DNA of 64,000 nucleotides from Saccostrea echinata (GCF_033153115.1 NW_026889750.1:10726001-10790000), one strand, 5' to 3'. Counted from the stretch's first letter, positions 1-14,241 are shown. Made by a program: numbers and translations. Notes: generated by a model not told the origin, from the sequence alone.

Positions 1-608
1 AAATTAACCTATTTATAAACACAAGTCTTCAGAAGCCACACCATCTTCCACTGGTTTGGAAATTAATCTAGCATACAATACAAATTTCATAGATGGACGG
101 ACTGCTTTTATTACAGTGAAACTATTCATGTTTGTGCATTTTCGATACTTTTGATATATTTTTATGAGTAACGGTAAAGTAAAACTCTAGACTAATTTAG
201 ATATTCCTGTCACTTTCAGGGCTTGTTAACAAAAAGCAAATTCTTAACATTTATTCATGGAGTATGCTGGGCCCCAGCCAAAATAAATTTCAGAATGTGA
301 AAATTTTAAAACTTGTTTTGGGTGTATTTATTTCCGTTATGTCACCCAACCAAAAAAAAAATAAAGATTTTATAGAATTGTTCTGTTTTTCTTATTAGGG
401 CTTAAATAGAAAATCGACTTTACATATTCACAAAAATGAATAACAATGAATGAAAAGCAACCAGCACATATATTTTTCAGAGGCCAGACTCAATATTTTT
501 TTTCCAATTTAAATATAATGTTATTTTACATGAGTTGGAGTAAATTTGAATCATTATTTTAAAAATAAAATTAAAAGCATTCGTGAATAGTGAAAAGGAA
601 AGCATGTT

Positions 609-810
609 AAATAATATAAAATTATACTTAAGAAATGAATTTAATTTTTGAGAATTCATGAGGACATGAACCTACGACGCTTCACGCCGGCATATTTCAT
701 GAAGAGCGTTAGCGCTTAATGATAAATATGCAGGCGTGAAGCGTCGTAGTTCATGTATACCTCATGAATTCTCAAAAATTAATTTCATATCTTATATTTA
801 CATTATTTTT
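609..810. repeat. Long imperfect palindrome (foldback, MITE-like core)
   Basis: Arm ttttgagaattcatgagg-acatgaacctacgacgcttcacgccggcatattt is mirrored by aaatatgcaggcgtgaagcgtcgtagttcatgt-acctcatgaattctcaaaa around a ~20-nt spacer. Confidence 0.8.
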
Positions 811-2361
811 CTGATGACTTGCCACATATTTTTGTCATTCAACGATCATTTTTGAAAAAAAAAAGTTTGCACTATTTTTCGACATCAATCACATCGCAAT
901 GGAAATATTCTTACTCATCCCATGGTAGTTCATGAGAACATGAACTTTTTCTAATTTGCAAAGAATCTTAAGGAAAAATATTTGGAAATGTAAATATATA
1001 TATGAATGAGTGCATCTCTGACTAAAGTTCTATTTATAGTTTCTGACTCTTCGATACAGTTGTATCTTATTTAATGTTACAGATAATTGTCGTGTCCATT
1101 TATAGTAAAGTGAACAAAAGGTAATTTATATTTGGAAATTCTGTCTACAAAAAAAAATGAATAAATAAAGAAATGTTTTGTAGGAACTGCCAGTTGTTAT
1201 GATTTGTACACGCAATGATATATATATTCATTGCATATTGCATAAGAAAGCAATTGACACCAGTGAGTTCAAATAATGCTAGGGCATGACAGACATCATA
1301 GAATGGGGATTATTATACTGAATGGAATGCACCAGAGCCTGTAATGTCCATTATCATTTTATTAACTATGTTAATTAGGGTAGTTATTTATTATTTATGG
1401 TGAACATTAAGGTAAACACTGTTTGTAAGTGGTTGAAATTTGAAAGTTTTATAATATATGATTCATGAAGAAAATAGATTTAGTTGTTCATACTGCTTTC
1501 AAGAATATTAAAGTCACAGTAGCTTTATAAATTAAACTGTAAAATTTGAAATTTAAGATTTTGTTTTTCATTCCTTCAAAACATAGTTAGCATTAATGAA
1601 TAATTGTTTAGCTATAAATGAACAACCAACATGTACATGTACCTCTGAAAATAAATATGTGTTTCATTATGAATGTAAATCTATTTTTATACATAAACCT
1701 AATTTTGAATTCATATGTCCAAGTATACATTTTACATATATGGCAGTGCAGTTTGACTTCAGGAGATGACAGCGTGACAAGAATATTCATCATTTCGCCA
1801 CTTAATTTAGTAAGTTCCGCTATGTGTGGTTAATTCATTAAGTTTATTTGATATGTTGATTTCAATTGAAATAGCAGAACACATTATGTTTCGTTATAGA
1901 ATTATAACACATTTGTCACATTTTCATTACTTTATCTTATTATTTATTACAATTTTATCTCCCAACACGATGTTTCCTTTCTGTGGGGTGAACAGAGAAA
2001 TGCATTGTTTTATGATCTTCAGAAAGTTAAAAGCATTTATCAGACTGATTTTTATAGTTTTAAAATATAAATTATAACAAACTTTCGTTAATACATATGA
2101 CAATATAGTTCATTAGCACACTTCCCACTTATTTATTTATTTGATTCCTTAATTGTGCAAAGAAAGTTTACGTTACTAAATATCTTTGACTAAAAAAAAT
2201 GGTGCCATTCGAAATACACTGAATCTCCTAAATTAAGAGACATATCCTTAATATTGAGAGGTGAACATTTGGGCAAACCCTCTCTCAATGAATCATGTCG
2301 GTTTAAAGTTGTTCATAGCTACTAAGTCCAGTTCTTGATGACAAGATTTTGTACAGGATGT

Positions 2362-2665
2362 TTGTTTGTTTGTTTGTATGTTGTTTAACGTCCCTCTCGA
2401 GAATTTTTCACTCATATGGAGACGCCACCACTTGCCGGTGGAGAGCTGCAAATTTTGTCCTATACTCGGCACTTACGGCCATTGGGCAGTGAGGGATCTT
2501 TTTCGTGCCAGCACCTACTGCGACACGGGACCTCGGTTTATACGGTCTCATCCGAAGGACCGGTCTCCACGTCCCACAGTGGGATTCGAACCCGCGACGT
2601 AAGGATCAACTCCTTACTCCGCGACTCTAGAGCAGACGCTCTAAACACTGCGCCACGCTGGCGAC
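2362..2665 (-). mobile_element. tRNA-derived SINE with Deu/Nin-like central domain, full length (copy 1)
   Basis: A box TGGCGCAGTG and B box GGTTCGAATCC; central ccttcggatgagaccgtataaaccgaggtcccgtg...aaagatccc; (AAAC)n tail; 12-bp TSD tgtacaggatgt at 2350-2361 and 2666-2677. Confidence 0.9.
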
Positions 2666-5600
2666 TGTACAGGATGTAAATTTAGCATAGAATTTCAGAT
2701 CTGGTCTTTTTTTTTTTTAAACTTACTCCGAGCAAGTTCAAAATTGATATCTAGATACTACAACAGAAGGAGGCAGTTTCTTAATGGCAGATTTGTAGAA
2801 TGAATTTCAGATTTTTCTTCTTTTTTTTAAATTACTATAACGTGAGTTTGTTTAAGTTAAGCGGGCAAGGCTGTATCAGGATAAGGCAGAGGGTACTTGA
2901 TTTTTCATTTTAAAAAAAGTATTCACAGTGGCTAGGCATTTTAAGTGCATGATAATCACTTTTTTTATATAAATCTTTATAAATATCCGAGACTCTGTTG
3001 TAATGACAATGGAACGATAAAGCACTTTCACCCCATTGGTTTTAGTTTTTAGCGGGATTCTAAATTTGGCAATACAGATATAGCTGGTGACGTCTCTATG
3101 TTCGAAAAACATTCTCATATGCAAACAAACAGTCCTCTAGTGAACTGTACTATTTTGTGCACAGCTATTCAGGATAATATATTTCTACGTAGGTCTCTTG
3201 TTTTAACCAACAGTTTGCAACCTTTCATTCTATCCTAGCCAAGAGTTGATATTATACATGAATCGTACACTATGTTTTGTTAGGTAAAAAATAACAATAT
3301 AACCAGCAAAATATACAGTGTATTTAACTGCATGTTACCTTATGTCTCTATTCTATTATTTGGCAATCTAGACTTTTACGAAATCTTTTTTCTAGGTCCA
3401 TATTCTTTATATCATGGCCGCTTCATCGTCACTATTGCACACGCTTATGAACCTTTCTTTGGTTTTTTCATTTGATGTGTCTTCATAAACAGCGGCTACT
3501 AGTGACATATGTACATTCATGTATATATGAAACATGTTTTTGCAATATACCAAAATGCTTAATTTTTACTTAATTCTTCTCATAAAATTAAAATAAAACT
3601 ACATGAAAAATGATTTTCACCCGAATGTTGTGACAAATTAATTATTATCAAAGGAAATAACGAGTCCTATCTTTGATATTACAAGAATGTAGAATGGGAC
3701 TACATCCCTCTCTCCCTCCACCCTCCAACAGAATAATTAAAAACTGGTATTTTTATATTCATTTTAAAAGCGGGTTTAAAGTACTACTTCTGAACTTTTT
3801 TTACTCTGATACAAGTTTAATACACTAATTAATGAATGCATTGTTATTTATTACTTTAGTTTCTCCATTTCCATTTGTACATATATACATACATAGTGAT
3901 ACGGCAATTACATGTAATACTACGTTAAACAAATTGGATCCAATTACTTCTCTGAAATGTTAATTTCTTTCATAAATTGAATTCAATTTAGTAAAATTAT
4001 GTGTTTTCACTGTATATGTGTACATGTATCTACACAGATGAAAATAGAGAAAATAAAAGAAATTAATGTCAATGCATTTATTAATTGGTGTATTTGAAAC
4101 ATGCATCAGGGGGGAAAGCATTTTGTTGAAGAATTATTCAAAACAGTATGAAATAGATTATCAAATACCGTTTATTAATTGTTTTAGGGGGATTTAGGGG
4201 GATCTTGTCTCACTCAGATACCTTGAAATATCAAACGATAGTACCCCAGTCTCTCCTCTCCCATAACCCCAATCCCCATCCCACCCCCGAATCTGCTGAC
4301 CTGTTAGAATCGAAATTCTTTTGGTGTGTAACAACAGTCCGGAAAAAAAATCATTTTGTATGTACATGTAGTTTTATTTTTTTTTATTTCAAGATTTCAT
4401 TGCAAGTTCAGCAATAAATGTATTGCAATAACCGGTTACATGTGTCAGTTAATGAAGACACATCTTTGGAAATATCTGAAGAAAGAAGGGTTCATAAGCG
4501 TGTCTGCAAGCGGGAATGAAAGAGAGAGGGGGTTTGATCATCTGAGGATAAACAATGACAAGAAATGTAACTAGTTCTTAATTATCCTCGGTCAATGTAT
4601 ATAAATATTGTTATATTAAAGTGAAATACAAGAAATAATTACCAGTACGAGTACATGTTATGGAACTGGATAAATCAAATAAATTATGACTGAATTGATC
4701 AATATAAAAGTTACAATTTAATCGCAAAAAGGTCAAGTTTTTTGCACTGTTGCTCAGTAATATGCACTCTGACCCCCTATTTTCTTTCCAGTTTTGAGTA
4801 ATGCTGTATGTTTAGATATCTAAAATATACTTCTCAAAATCTACTGATATAACCAGTGTCAGGAGTGGCATATCTTAAGTCTTATCTTAGAAAATTTTGA
4901 TAAGCATGCCTGCTGGTAATTGAAGAAAGTCACTGCACTGTCATGCCGACTAACGTCATTTAAGGATGTAATATACAAGCATACTGATGGAGATGTTTAC
5001 CATATTTTAAACATACATTTGAATTTTTTATTCATATTTCGCATTTTCAGTGCATTTAATTGTACACAAAGCTGACATATATGATGATTATTTAAATTCA
5101 TGAAATTTATAGCCATCCTCTAATTCGTTTATATTTTTTACAACAGTATTATCTACAAATAGAAATTGTAAAAGTTAACTTTCAACATTTCTAGAGCTAA
5201 GACGTACTTCTACACAATCATAAAAAAGATGCATTAAGGAGAGGAGACTCCATCAGCGAGGGGCTCTTTTTAACTATTTTATGATAGAGTGTACCTAGGA
5301 AAGGAAGAAAACACATTTTTCTATTGAAATGAAAAGTTGAAATATTGAAATATATTGAAATTTGTATATGTTCTTAGAAACTAAACTTAATGATAACTAA
5401 ATTAATCTTTTCTTTGTTTGTTTGCTTTGATAACTTAATAAACGTTATGCGATGTAGAAATATTAATGTATTTGAGATGTTGGTGTTGAAATTGGCCAAT
5501 TAGTGTTAGTTAATTTTAAGTGAAAATATAAGTAGTTGCGTTATAATTTTCATGAAAATATTCATTGCAATTTGGCCACGATTTCTTGTAATGTGAAAAA

Positions 5601-6057
5601 GTCCAATAGTTAGTTAATAATTGCCTAAGTATACAGAAGATATAATGTGGTACAATAATATTATTTAAGTCATTCTACAAATATTCTGGAAGGTTCACAC
5701 CACATTGCAAGTATTTCATATATTGTTTTTATTCTCTAGCTGATGTTAATTGTCAAAACCAGGTACTTATACATACAATAGCATGCGTTTGAAATCACAG
5801 TCAAAATACTGTAGAGCGATTTGCATGTTATATATCCATCGATCAAAACACTATAATTTAACAAAATCAATTTTTGACTTACAGTTCAACAATTTGCGTG
5901 TTTTATAAACATCGTTATGTATGGAACATTATATTACACCTTACAAAAAAAAATTATTAAGAATTTTCTAAGAAGTATTTATTTAAGAAGTATTTATAGT
6001 TTGTTGCAATGCTTGTTGCTACTTCATATTAATTGATATGCATTTATGAATCAAAAA

Positions 6058-6059
<2 letters not shown>

Positions 6060-6096
<37 letters not shown>
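6060..6096. repeat. (CT)n microsatellite
   Basis: About 18 CT units. Confidence 0.95.
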
Positions 6097-6101
<5 letters not shown>

Positions 6102-7016
6102 AAATCGGGGCCACAACTGTATATCTTGGTGCAGGACAATTTCAGTATTGTCCTATCATTATCAATGTTTAAAATGATATTCCTAGTTTTTCATAATCGT
6201 TGAATTGATTATTCCATGTAGGAAGGAAATGTCAATTTATCTATTTCACCAAAATTTTCTGCCCATTCTCAACAAAAAGTCAGGAAAAAATGTCAAATTC
6301 ATTTCTTATCATATGTATAAATATGACTATACTTTTGGTGATAGAATGTATCTGGTATAAAGGAGTCCATCTTCCATTTTCATTTCTAATAGCCTCATTA
6401 AAGCCTTTGGTTTATCCTCTAGAAGGTAGACTGATAAACCCCACTGTATACATTTTCAGATTTGCCACATCATGCATAAAATGTCAAAGGAATTCATTGT
6501 GGAAAGGCATGAGGTCGTGTTCGAAAATTAATAATGTAAAAACTTCATTTATGATAAGTGAATTAATGCCACAAAAGCATAATGATGCATATTTGTGCTG
6601 TGGTTCTATACTATTTGCAAGCTGCATAGTAGACTTTAATTGGACCGCATTATACATTTCACATATATTTTGCAAAAAATTATGGCTAATAAAATCGCTT
6701 CACTTTTACTGCGTGTGTATCGGTCATCAATAGTACACAAAGTTCAGAGACTGTCGGTTGTAACTGTACAAGGTGTGCTGCAAGATATTTTAATGTCGGA
6801 CCTGAAAAGATAGATATAATTAGGGTTATAAAAAGTACACTATATCATACTTGCTCATTGGCGAAGACCGGTAATAACTACAAAATCCAAGCCAGGTCAT
6901 CAGAATGAAGAGAGAGAGAGGGGGGGGGGGGAGTACCAAATTCAAACCATGATTAATGTGTTACATGTATCTTTGCCGGTATATGAATTTGCCTTCTTAA
7001 CAATAGGCATCTTAAG

Positions 7017-7150
7017 ATGAAATGTGAAGATAGCAAACAGCGATCATTCCCAAAAGTCCATCCAAACAATGCAAACCACGAGCAGAGTCAGCACGAAGAC
7101 TTTAAAACAGAGATAGGACCAGGTGTCTTGGAGGAACAAGTATTAAAAGT
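7017..7150 (-). mobile_element. Old, degraded 3' end of Penelope-like element
   Basis: Weak similarity to the 3' UTR block of the copies at 13.1 and 21.5 kb (reverse complement ttcctccaagacacctggtcctatctctg...ctctgctc). Confidence 0.35.
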
Positions 7151-7306
7151 TATAATAAAATCTAAATGCTGCAAATCAGTCTTCATTGCCTGCTTACGTT
7201 CAGGCAAATTTCCAAGTGCTTTACTGTAAAGAAGCTTCGAAACCTTTGTTTACACTTTTCCTACTCTACAAGTTTGGTTTTTCATTCATATATACGTAGA
7301 ATTTTA

Positions 7307-7610
7307 GTCGCCCGCGTGGCGCAGTGGTTAGAGCGTCTGCTCTAGAGTCGCGAAGTAAGGAGTTGATCCTTACGTCGCGGGTTCGAATCCCACTGTGGGA
7401 CGTAGAGACCGGTCCTTCGGATGAGACCGCATAAACCGAGGTCCCGTGTCGCAGTAGGTGCTGGCACGAAAAAGATCCCTCACTGCTCAATGGCCGTAAA
7501 TGACAAGTATAGGACAAAATTTGCAGCTCTCCACCGGCAAGTGTTGGCGTGTCCATATGAGTGAAAAATTCTCGAGAGGGACGTTAAACAACAAACAAAC
7601 AAACAATCAA
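7307..7610 (+). mobile_element. tRNA-derived Deu/Nin-type SINE (copy 2)
   Basis: Near-identical to the reverse complement of 2362-2665; (AAAC)n tail; imperfect TSD acgtagaatttta / acgtaaattttta. Confidence 0.9.
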
Positions 7611-9330
7611 ACGTAAATTTTTAAAAGATCATGAATGGAAATGTAAAGCATAGGTTTTTTTGATCCCATGTATAGATCACTGAGAGAAAGAAATATTTCA
7701 ATATTATATAAAGGAAGGAGCCAGAACTTGATTTGAATTCTGTGAATGCTGCATTGGTTTTATCTGTGAAATTTTCATTTTCATAAAGAAAATAACAAAA
7801 TCAAAGTTTTGTTTAATCTCTTAAAATAACCTTATTGGGGTAATTATAGACTATAATAAAATTGCGAAATTATCAAATCTTGTCTTTGTTCCTTTGTTTA
7901 ATAGCAATATATTTATTTTGTTCACAAAGGCATGTTAGGTTAAAAAGTTTTTCGCTGTATTCCAGAGTAAAAGACTTCAATCTCTTTCATAAATATAAAG
8001 ACGGATAAGCCATAAAGTCAATAAATCTAGATCAAAAAGATTGACCATCTAGAATTAGGTTGTTATACTTTCAAAATAGCCATTTCATTATAGGGGCGTG
8101 ATTAAATTGAATGAAATTATTTTCTTAGAAATGTCACATAAATTTTGTATTACTTAGATATACTAATATTTCCCCTGTACTTTGTATAATTTTCATACAA
8201 CGAGAGAACAAATTGCCCTTTTGAGACAAAATAATTTAGTGCCACTCTGCATGACCAACAGCTAGGAGTTTTATTTTTTATACAGATACATTGGCCATAA
8301 ACTTAGAAAACGTCATACGTCATACATCACGTTGCTGTGCATGTGGTTGGAATAAAAAAAGTCATATTATTATATCACGCCCATTTATGTCTTATCAGCA
8401 AAGCACAAAGGTGGCTTTAAAGTTATTATTTTTCCAAACTCATTTTTACTCCATTATTGCAAAATCTTGAGGATTTTCTCAACGATAAATATTTTGTCTT
8501 TTAGCTATATTGATACCAATCAAGCCCTATAGCATTTCACTTTTGATCCCTTTGAAACTATTCAAAAGTTCCTATAGAAAACTTCCCTTAGCTTCCCGTG
8601 CATATTGTTCTGTGTCGAACTTCATATGTAGTGTTAAAAACAAACGTGAAGTTTTCTTCCATACATTTTGCTAAAAGTCAACCTCAAATAACAACTCATT
8701 CCCCGTGTCCTATATAACAATGCTAAATGTTTTCTATAACCTTTTATTTGTGCAGGTCTCACAAACTAGATTCCACACTAAGCTGTAAAAAAGAATTTCA
8801 TAGACTTAGTCTGATTCAATTCATGTTCAATTGTTGGTTGTTTTGTAGCAAAATACAATAATTTTACCTATTAATAGTAAATTTGAAATGTTTTAAACAG
8901 AATAGGTTATTTTGTGCCCTGTGTCAATAAGAATTAATTCACTACAGTATGAAATATTTGATATATTTGCGTAACACGCCAAAAAAGGCATTGGACACAC
9001 TAATATTATTTTTGGATCAACCATTTCATATTCAGTAAACAGAATAAAAGAGGTGTAAATGTTTCAAAAGAAGAGACACAGAAGAGAAATTCTTACTAAA
9101 GATTTCAAAATTCCTCAAGCAATGTAGGTCGTTTTTATTTTTGTCATTTTGCAGTAATATTATCAAATAAGTTAATAAAACTTAAAATAAATCGTTCACT
9201 GCGGTTTCACTTCTTTAATAGAAATAATTAAAGCTGAACTACGTTTTTCATAAAGAGGTTTCTACAATCATTTTTCGAACCATTTCTAAAAAAAAAATCT
9301 ACGGATCTAGAAAAAGCTGACGGATACCAA

Positions 9331-9538
9331 TACTGTATAAAAGAAAGTTTTCGCTCCATGTTATTTTCGCCCTTTCACACTTGCAAGCAATTTTGCCCCT
9401 TTTAAATTCGCCTAGTCACAGTTCTGTTTAAGAAATTAAACTGTGTTCTCTGAATTCGTCCCGTTTAAATTCGATCATCTGTAAGTAGTACGAAAGGGGC
9501 GAAAATAAAACGGGGGCAAAAATTTCCCTGTATACATT
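9331..9538. mobile_element. Short MITE (Tc1/mariner-type TA-CTGTA ends)
   Basis: Degenerate ~45-bp TIRs: tactgtata...ttttcgctccatgttattttcgccctttc versus gaaaggggcgaaaataaaacgggggcaaaaatttccctgtataca. Confidence 0.65.
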
Positions 9539-9614
9539 GTGCCTGCCTGCTTTGAAAAAACTCCAAGGCTTTCTTTGCATGATTGCAAGGAAATCATTGA
9601 AAATCGGTTTAAAT

Positions 9615-9830
9615 AGAAAAGGTGAAAACAACGACTAGTTATAGATCTCCTATATCCTTTGACAATACGAATCGTGATCAGGGCAAAAGCACGGACCCTT
9701 GGAAAACCAAAAGTATTGGCATGTGTTTAGGGGGAGTTAGCATTCCCTGTCGAGCTGTCACACCCGTCGTGAGCCCTCTGTATTGACAAGATAAACGGAG
9801 TAACTTGTAGTCATTTCTAATGTATGTATC
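9615..9830 (-). mobile_element. Penelope-like element 3' UTR fragment
   Basis: Contains the shared block ggagttagcattccctgtcgagctgtcacacccgtcgtg. Confidence 0.6.
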
Positions 9831-10525
9831 AAATATTTTTCAGATCTAGTTTCCTATAAGTTCAAAGAATTACAGTCACTTATTTACCCCCAAATCATTG
9901 CCAGTTGAATCATTTGTATTCGTAACGACATTTTTGTAGGTCTGCAATCGACCATTAGACACGAAATTTGAACTTAGAGTTCTGTTGACATTAGCAGAGC
10001 TCTACAGTTGTTAAGAACGTTATTGAAAAGATATATAAGCCCTTTCTTTTGAAAAAAAAAATACTTAATGAGAATACAAAGTCATATTATACCAATTAAA
10101 AAGATAAAATTCTCTGGTTACCTTTATTTTTACATAACTGAATTTACTTTCATCATCATGCTCATTCTTGCGGTTTTACTTTCGGAGTAAATTATGAAAA
10201 TGCTCAAGAAATATGTTGATGCTTCTCAACGCTCTAAATGCGCTCTTAATCATTTTGGACATAGGTCATGTTTTCTGATAATTTCATTAAAGTACCTCAG
10301 AGCAATTATCGTGTATCTTAGTTATAGCAGCAAGCATTTCATTACATCTCATGCAACAGAAATATTGTAAAATAATGCATCACTGTCATAACCATGTTAA
10401 GACTCAGTTCAACTAATTTTTCAAAGTCTGTTCCCTAACTTCAGTGCACACTTAATAAACACATATGGCAAATAGCACTCTCATTGAAAAACTGAAACCC
10501 ATATTTCTGATTGCAGATCAAAGGC

Positions 10526-11587
10526 TTATTTCACTTAGGTGATAAATTATTATTTGGCTATTATGCACATAATTAAACAAATGTATACTGAAACGCAAAA
10601 GAAACGCAACAAGCAGTTATCTACAAATATTTGAATTTTTTATCTAATGATTTTCAAAAATGATTACAGTAAGGTAAAATTCGATTTAAAAGCATCAGAG
10701 ATTTGATAAAAATGTTTAATTATTATCTTTTAACTTTAGAAAGTAACACATGAATGTTAAAACACCCCAACCCCGGCCATTCAATTACAACGTGCAAGAC
10801 TTCCATGTGCAACAGTTGCAGCTTGATTTCTACGATGCAATAGGTTCATCAACCTCGAGATCTGAGCGAAAGAAAATTTTTTTGCCATTTTCAAATGCCT
10901 GTTTTTCAGAAGATGAGGTCGAATTTTCTCTAGCCAAGCGCAGTGTATTAACCCTTGGACTTCAGGTCCAAGGATTGTCATTTATGCTAGTGATACGTAA
11001 GAGCCTATTGAGGCTTGATGTGGTGCATATTTGCATCTGCAACTCTCCATCACCTTTATTTTGAGATTTTCCAGCTAGAGCAATAGAAATGAGCACTTAA
11101 GTCATTTAAAGGAAGCCTTGGCATCGCTTATGGAAAAGAAAGGAGAATTTATTTTTCGAAACATTGCTGCATTACTTACGATGAACAGATACAAATCCTT
11201 AAAACCCCATATTATTGCCAAATGTTTTGTTAAACATGCAATTTTTGATTTCTGTTAAGCGGACTCAAACTTTACTTCCGGTAATGGTATGAATATCATT
11301 CATCCGTTAAATTACCGATATTTACAAAGTTGAAGATGTCCTTATGTTTTAGTTACAAAATTATATCCTATATGTAATATTTTCCCAAAAAATAAGATGT
11401 TGCGTTTCTTTTGCGTTTCAGTGTATATAAAACGAATGAATTTTTTTTTAAATAGAAGTGATGTCAAAATTCATGTTATTTTACTTAGATGATAAATTAT
11501 TATTTGGCTATTATGCACATAATTAAACAAATGTATATAAAACGAATGATTTTTTTTTTAAATAGAAGTGATGTCAAAATTCATGTT
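10526..11587. repeat. Tandem duplication of a ~110-bp unit, first copy interrupted by the MITE
   Basis: ttatt(t/c)acttag(g/a)tgataaattatt...aaacaaatgtatataaaacgaatg...tcaaaattcatgtt occurs split (10526-10585 plus 11424-11477) and intact (11476-11587). Confidence 0.85.
10586..11423. mobile_element. Non-autonomous Tc1/mariner-type DNA transposon (838 bp)
   Basis: 25-bp TIRs (t/c)actgaaacgcaaaagaaacgcaac / gttgcgtttcttttgcgtttcagtg; TA duplication confirmed by the adjacent empty-site copy. Confidence 0.85.
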
Positions 11588-13046
11588 CGGATCATTCAGA
11601 CCATTTTTGTTGATGTTTGTAGATTTTCTTAGGAGTTGTCAATACATGGAATAACGAATTATTTTGGTATATTATGATTAAAATAAAAAAGAAAATATTT
11701 GAGGATTCAGAATGACATTATAATCCTGACAATTTCATCTTTTCCATTAATGGTGATTAGGTTTGCACATCCATGCAAACATTATGTCTCGTATATTAAC
11801 AATTTAAAAAATATTGACAAAATAATTAATGGCCATCATAAAGCAGAGCATTTATTTAGTTCATTCTTCATACTGTATTCAATCTGTTCATTTGAAAAAA
11901 TTGTTTGCTCAAAATATATATTGCAAAATTAATTTATTACATAACTTGTTCTGGACTTTATTCTAATCAAATGTCTTTAATATGTCAAAAGAAAACATTT
12001 TATGTCTCAATTTAAACAGTTAATATGAATACTCATAAAGATCATGAATATTCTATGAAAATAGTGAAACATAATTCAATTGAATAAAGATATTTGTGAT
12101 CTTAATGCGCTGTAAGTCTACAGGTACAAAGGTTTCCTCCGAATATTCAATTTCTTTACCTGAAGGAAGTTGGCAACAAGTGTATTTCTACTACAACCCT
12201 TCTCCAATTCCCATTCTTTCTCTTGCATTTTCAATGAAATGAAAAGAATGAACCAATATTTTCCTTTATACCATTTAAACCTCACTGGACCACAACGTAG
12301 AGATAGATAAGAACAAAGTCTATTACTTGACATAAATATTCCGTAAGACCTGGGGTGTGTTCAAATATAAAAGGCTGTTGTGGCCATAACTTATCAATCT
12401 GGGAAAAATAACTTCGTGCTGAACATAAATATTTCGAAAATTAATAACATTTTGAATATTTCAGATATAAATCAAATAGTGGGAAATATACAGATGTATC
12501 TTTAATTATGTTTATGTGTCCAGATCAAAAAATCATAAATAAATGTGTTCTGAGGAGCATACTCATGTGTGTGTGTGATAGAATGTGTGGAATGCTATGA
12601 TACTATAATCTAGAAATTGAGCTTGTGTACGTTTTTCAACATTGGTAATATTGCATAGATATAATGCGTATATACATGTATATATAATGAGAACAATCAA
12701 ATTAAAATACTGATAGTAATTCCAAAGGTTCAATTTATATAATGTACTTTTGTCATCTTTTTATTACAAATTACACAAAACATTTGACATTTTGTATAAA
12801 TTATCTAATTCAGTGACAATATAATTTTCACAATTCGTTTTGTGCTTTCTTCATTTTCACATGCATTAACAAGTGACATGTCATATTATACACTTTTTAT
12901 TAGTATCAATGCAAATTAATTTAATACAAGATATGAGTTTGTATAAAGGTTTAAATAGATATTTATTTGAAATTTTATTTCCCTCACGATGACACAGATG
13001 TATTTAGACATGTACACAATGAAATTGTGGAGTTGTATAATTTAAA

Positions 13047-13865
13047 GTGGAGTGTATGAAATATGGAGATAATGAACAGTATTCAAACTCAAAGTGTATT
13101 GAAACACAAATCGGGAGCAGAGCAAACACGGACCTCCAAAAACATCAGAGGTGGGATCAAGTGCCATGGAGGAGTGAGCATCCCCTGCCGAACAGTCACA
13201 CCCGCCTTGTGCTCCTTGTCAAAATCGAGAGAAAACGGAAAATTCCGTCGACAAATTTAGGGTGTAAATAATGGCCTAACAATTAGCACGAAAAACGTCA
13301 GTCAGCATTTGACTTAATGATAGATTGTATATGCTGACAAGGTCATTGTCTCGACCATAGAACTTACGAAATAATGACTTTAAAGGAGACTTTTGATATT
13401 CTTGTTTCATCAACTTGTTTGTCAATAACTTACCTCGTTTTAGAAATTGTTCATAGAGCATGCTCTTGCGTATCGAATCAACTGAGAGATATACACCCCA
13501 TATGCAGGTGATAAAGGTATATTGCTGCATAAGTAAGGGAAGATGACGATTGAAAAGTTAAAGTCATCACGTTTATCTTAAAGCTTTGTTGCTAGATTAC
13601 CATTAACGTCTTTTCAAGTAAAATATCCAAGAATGAAACATATGTTTCAGACTCAATGATATCTTTTATTTCAAGCTCACTAAGGTATATATCGTGTCGA
13701 CATATGATTGGAAATAACAATTGATAATTGATAATACTTCGTCGATATATCTAAGATTTTGAATAAATTCTGTTTCATAAGAATACAAAAATAGGTCTGC
13801 TAACGGGTTGTAACTTGTACCAGGAAGACCTGGTCTCCAAAAACCACATAAACTTGCTCGGCTAC
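13047..13865 (-). mobile_element. Penelope-like retroelement, 5'-truncated and decayed (RT C-terminal half plus 3' UTR)
   Basis: Frame-broken ORFs with LADLFLYSYETEF, RYIDEVL and thumb KRGKLLTNKLMKQEY...FRKFYGR. Confidence 0.85.
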
Positions 13866-14154
13866 TATGCTTTTGAGGTTTACGAAACATATTTCAATCT
13901 ACTGTGTCTCTATACAAAAAGAGCTTTATACTCATGCTCAAACATTTCTTTACTTTACAGTAACGTTCTAACAATTTATTGTCATGTGGAGATAATATAA
14001 TCTTTCCCATGAGGTCTCTTTTCAAATTTCAGAATTTCCTATTTTTTTGACTGAGACACATTTGTATGCCAAGAATTTTTCTTGATTAGTATAATCAAAG
14101 TTTAGGATCATTTTAATCAAAAAATTTTCGCACAAAACAGGGTGCTATGTAGAT

Positions 14155-14197
14155 TTTTTTTAAATTTTTTTTTAAAATTTTTTTTTCTTCTTCTTCT

Positions 14198-14241
<44 letters not shown>

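Noticed and set aside
2366-2679. Recurrent 'METPPLAGGELQIL...' ORFs (also 7266-7556 and 24411-24728)
   Set aside because: Antisense readings of SINE copies, not a protein family.
3396-3510. Exon-like segment with a signal-peptide-like ATG (MAASSSLLHTLMNLSLVF)
   Set aside because: Stops after 24 codons and no downstream exons could be linked.
6290-6733. 147-aa ORF
   Set aside because: No recognisable motif, composition typical of AT-rich non-coding DNA, no partner exons.
10750-11064. ORFs inside the TIR element as a transposase
   Set aside because: No HTH or DDE/D motifs visible; the element is too short.
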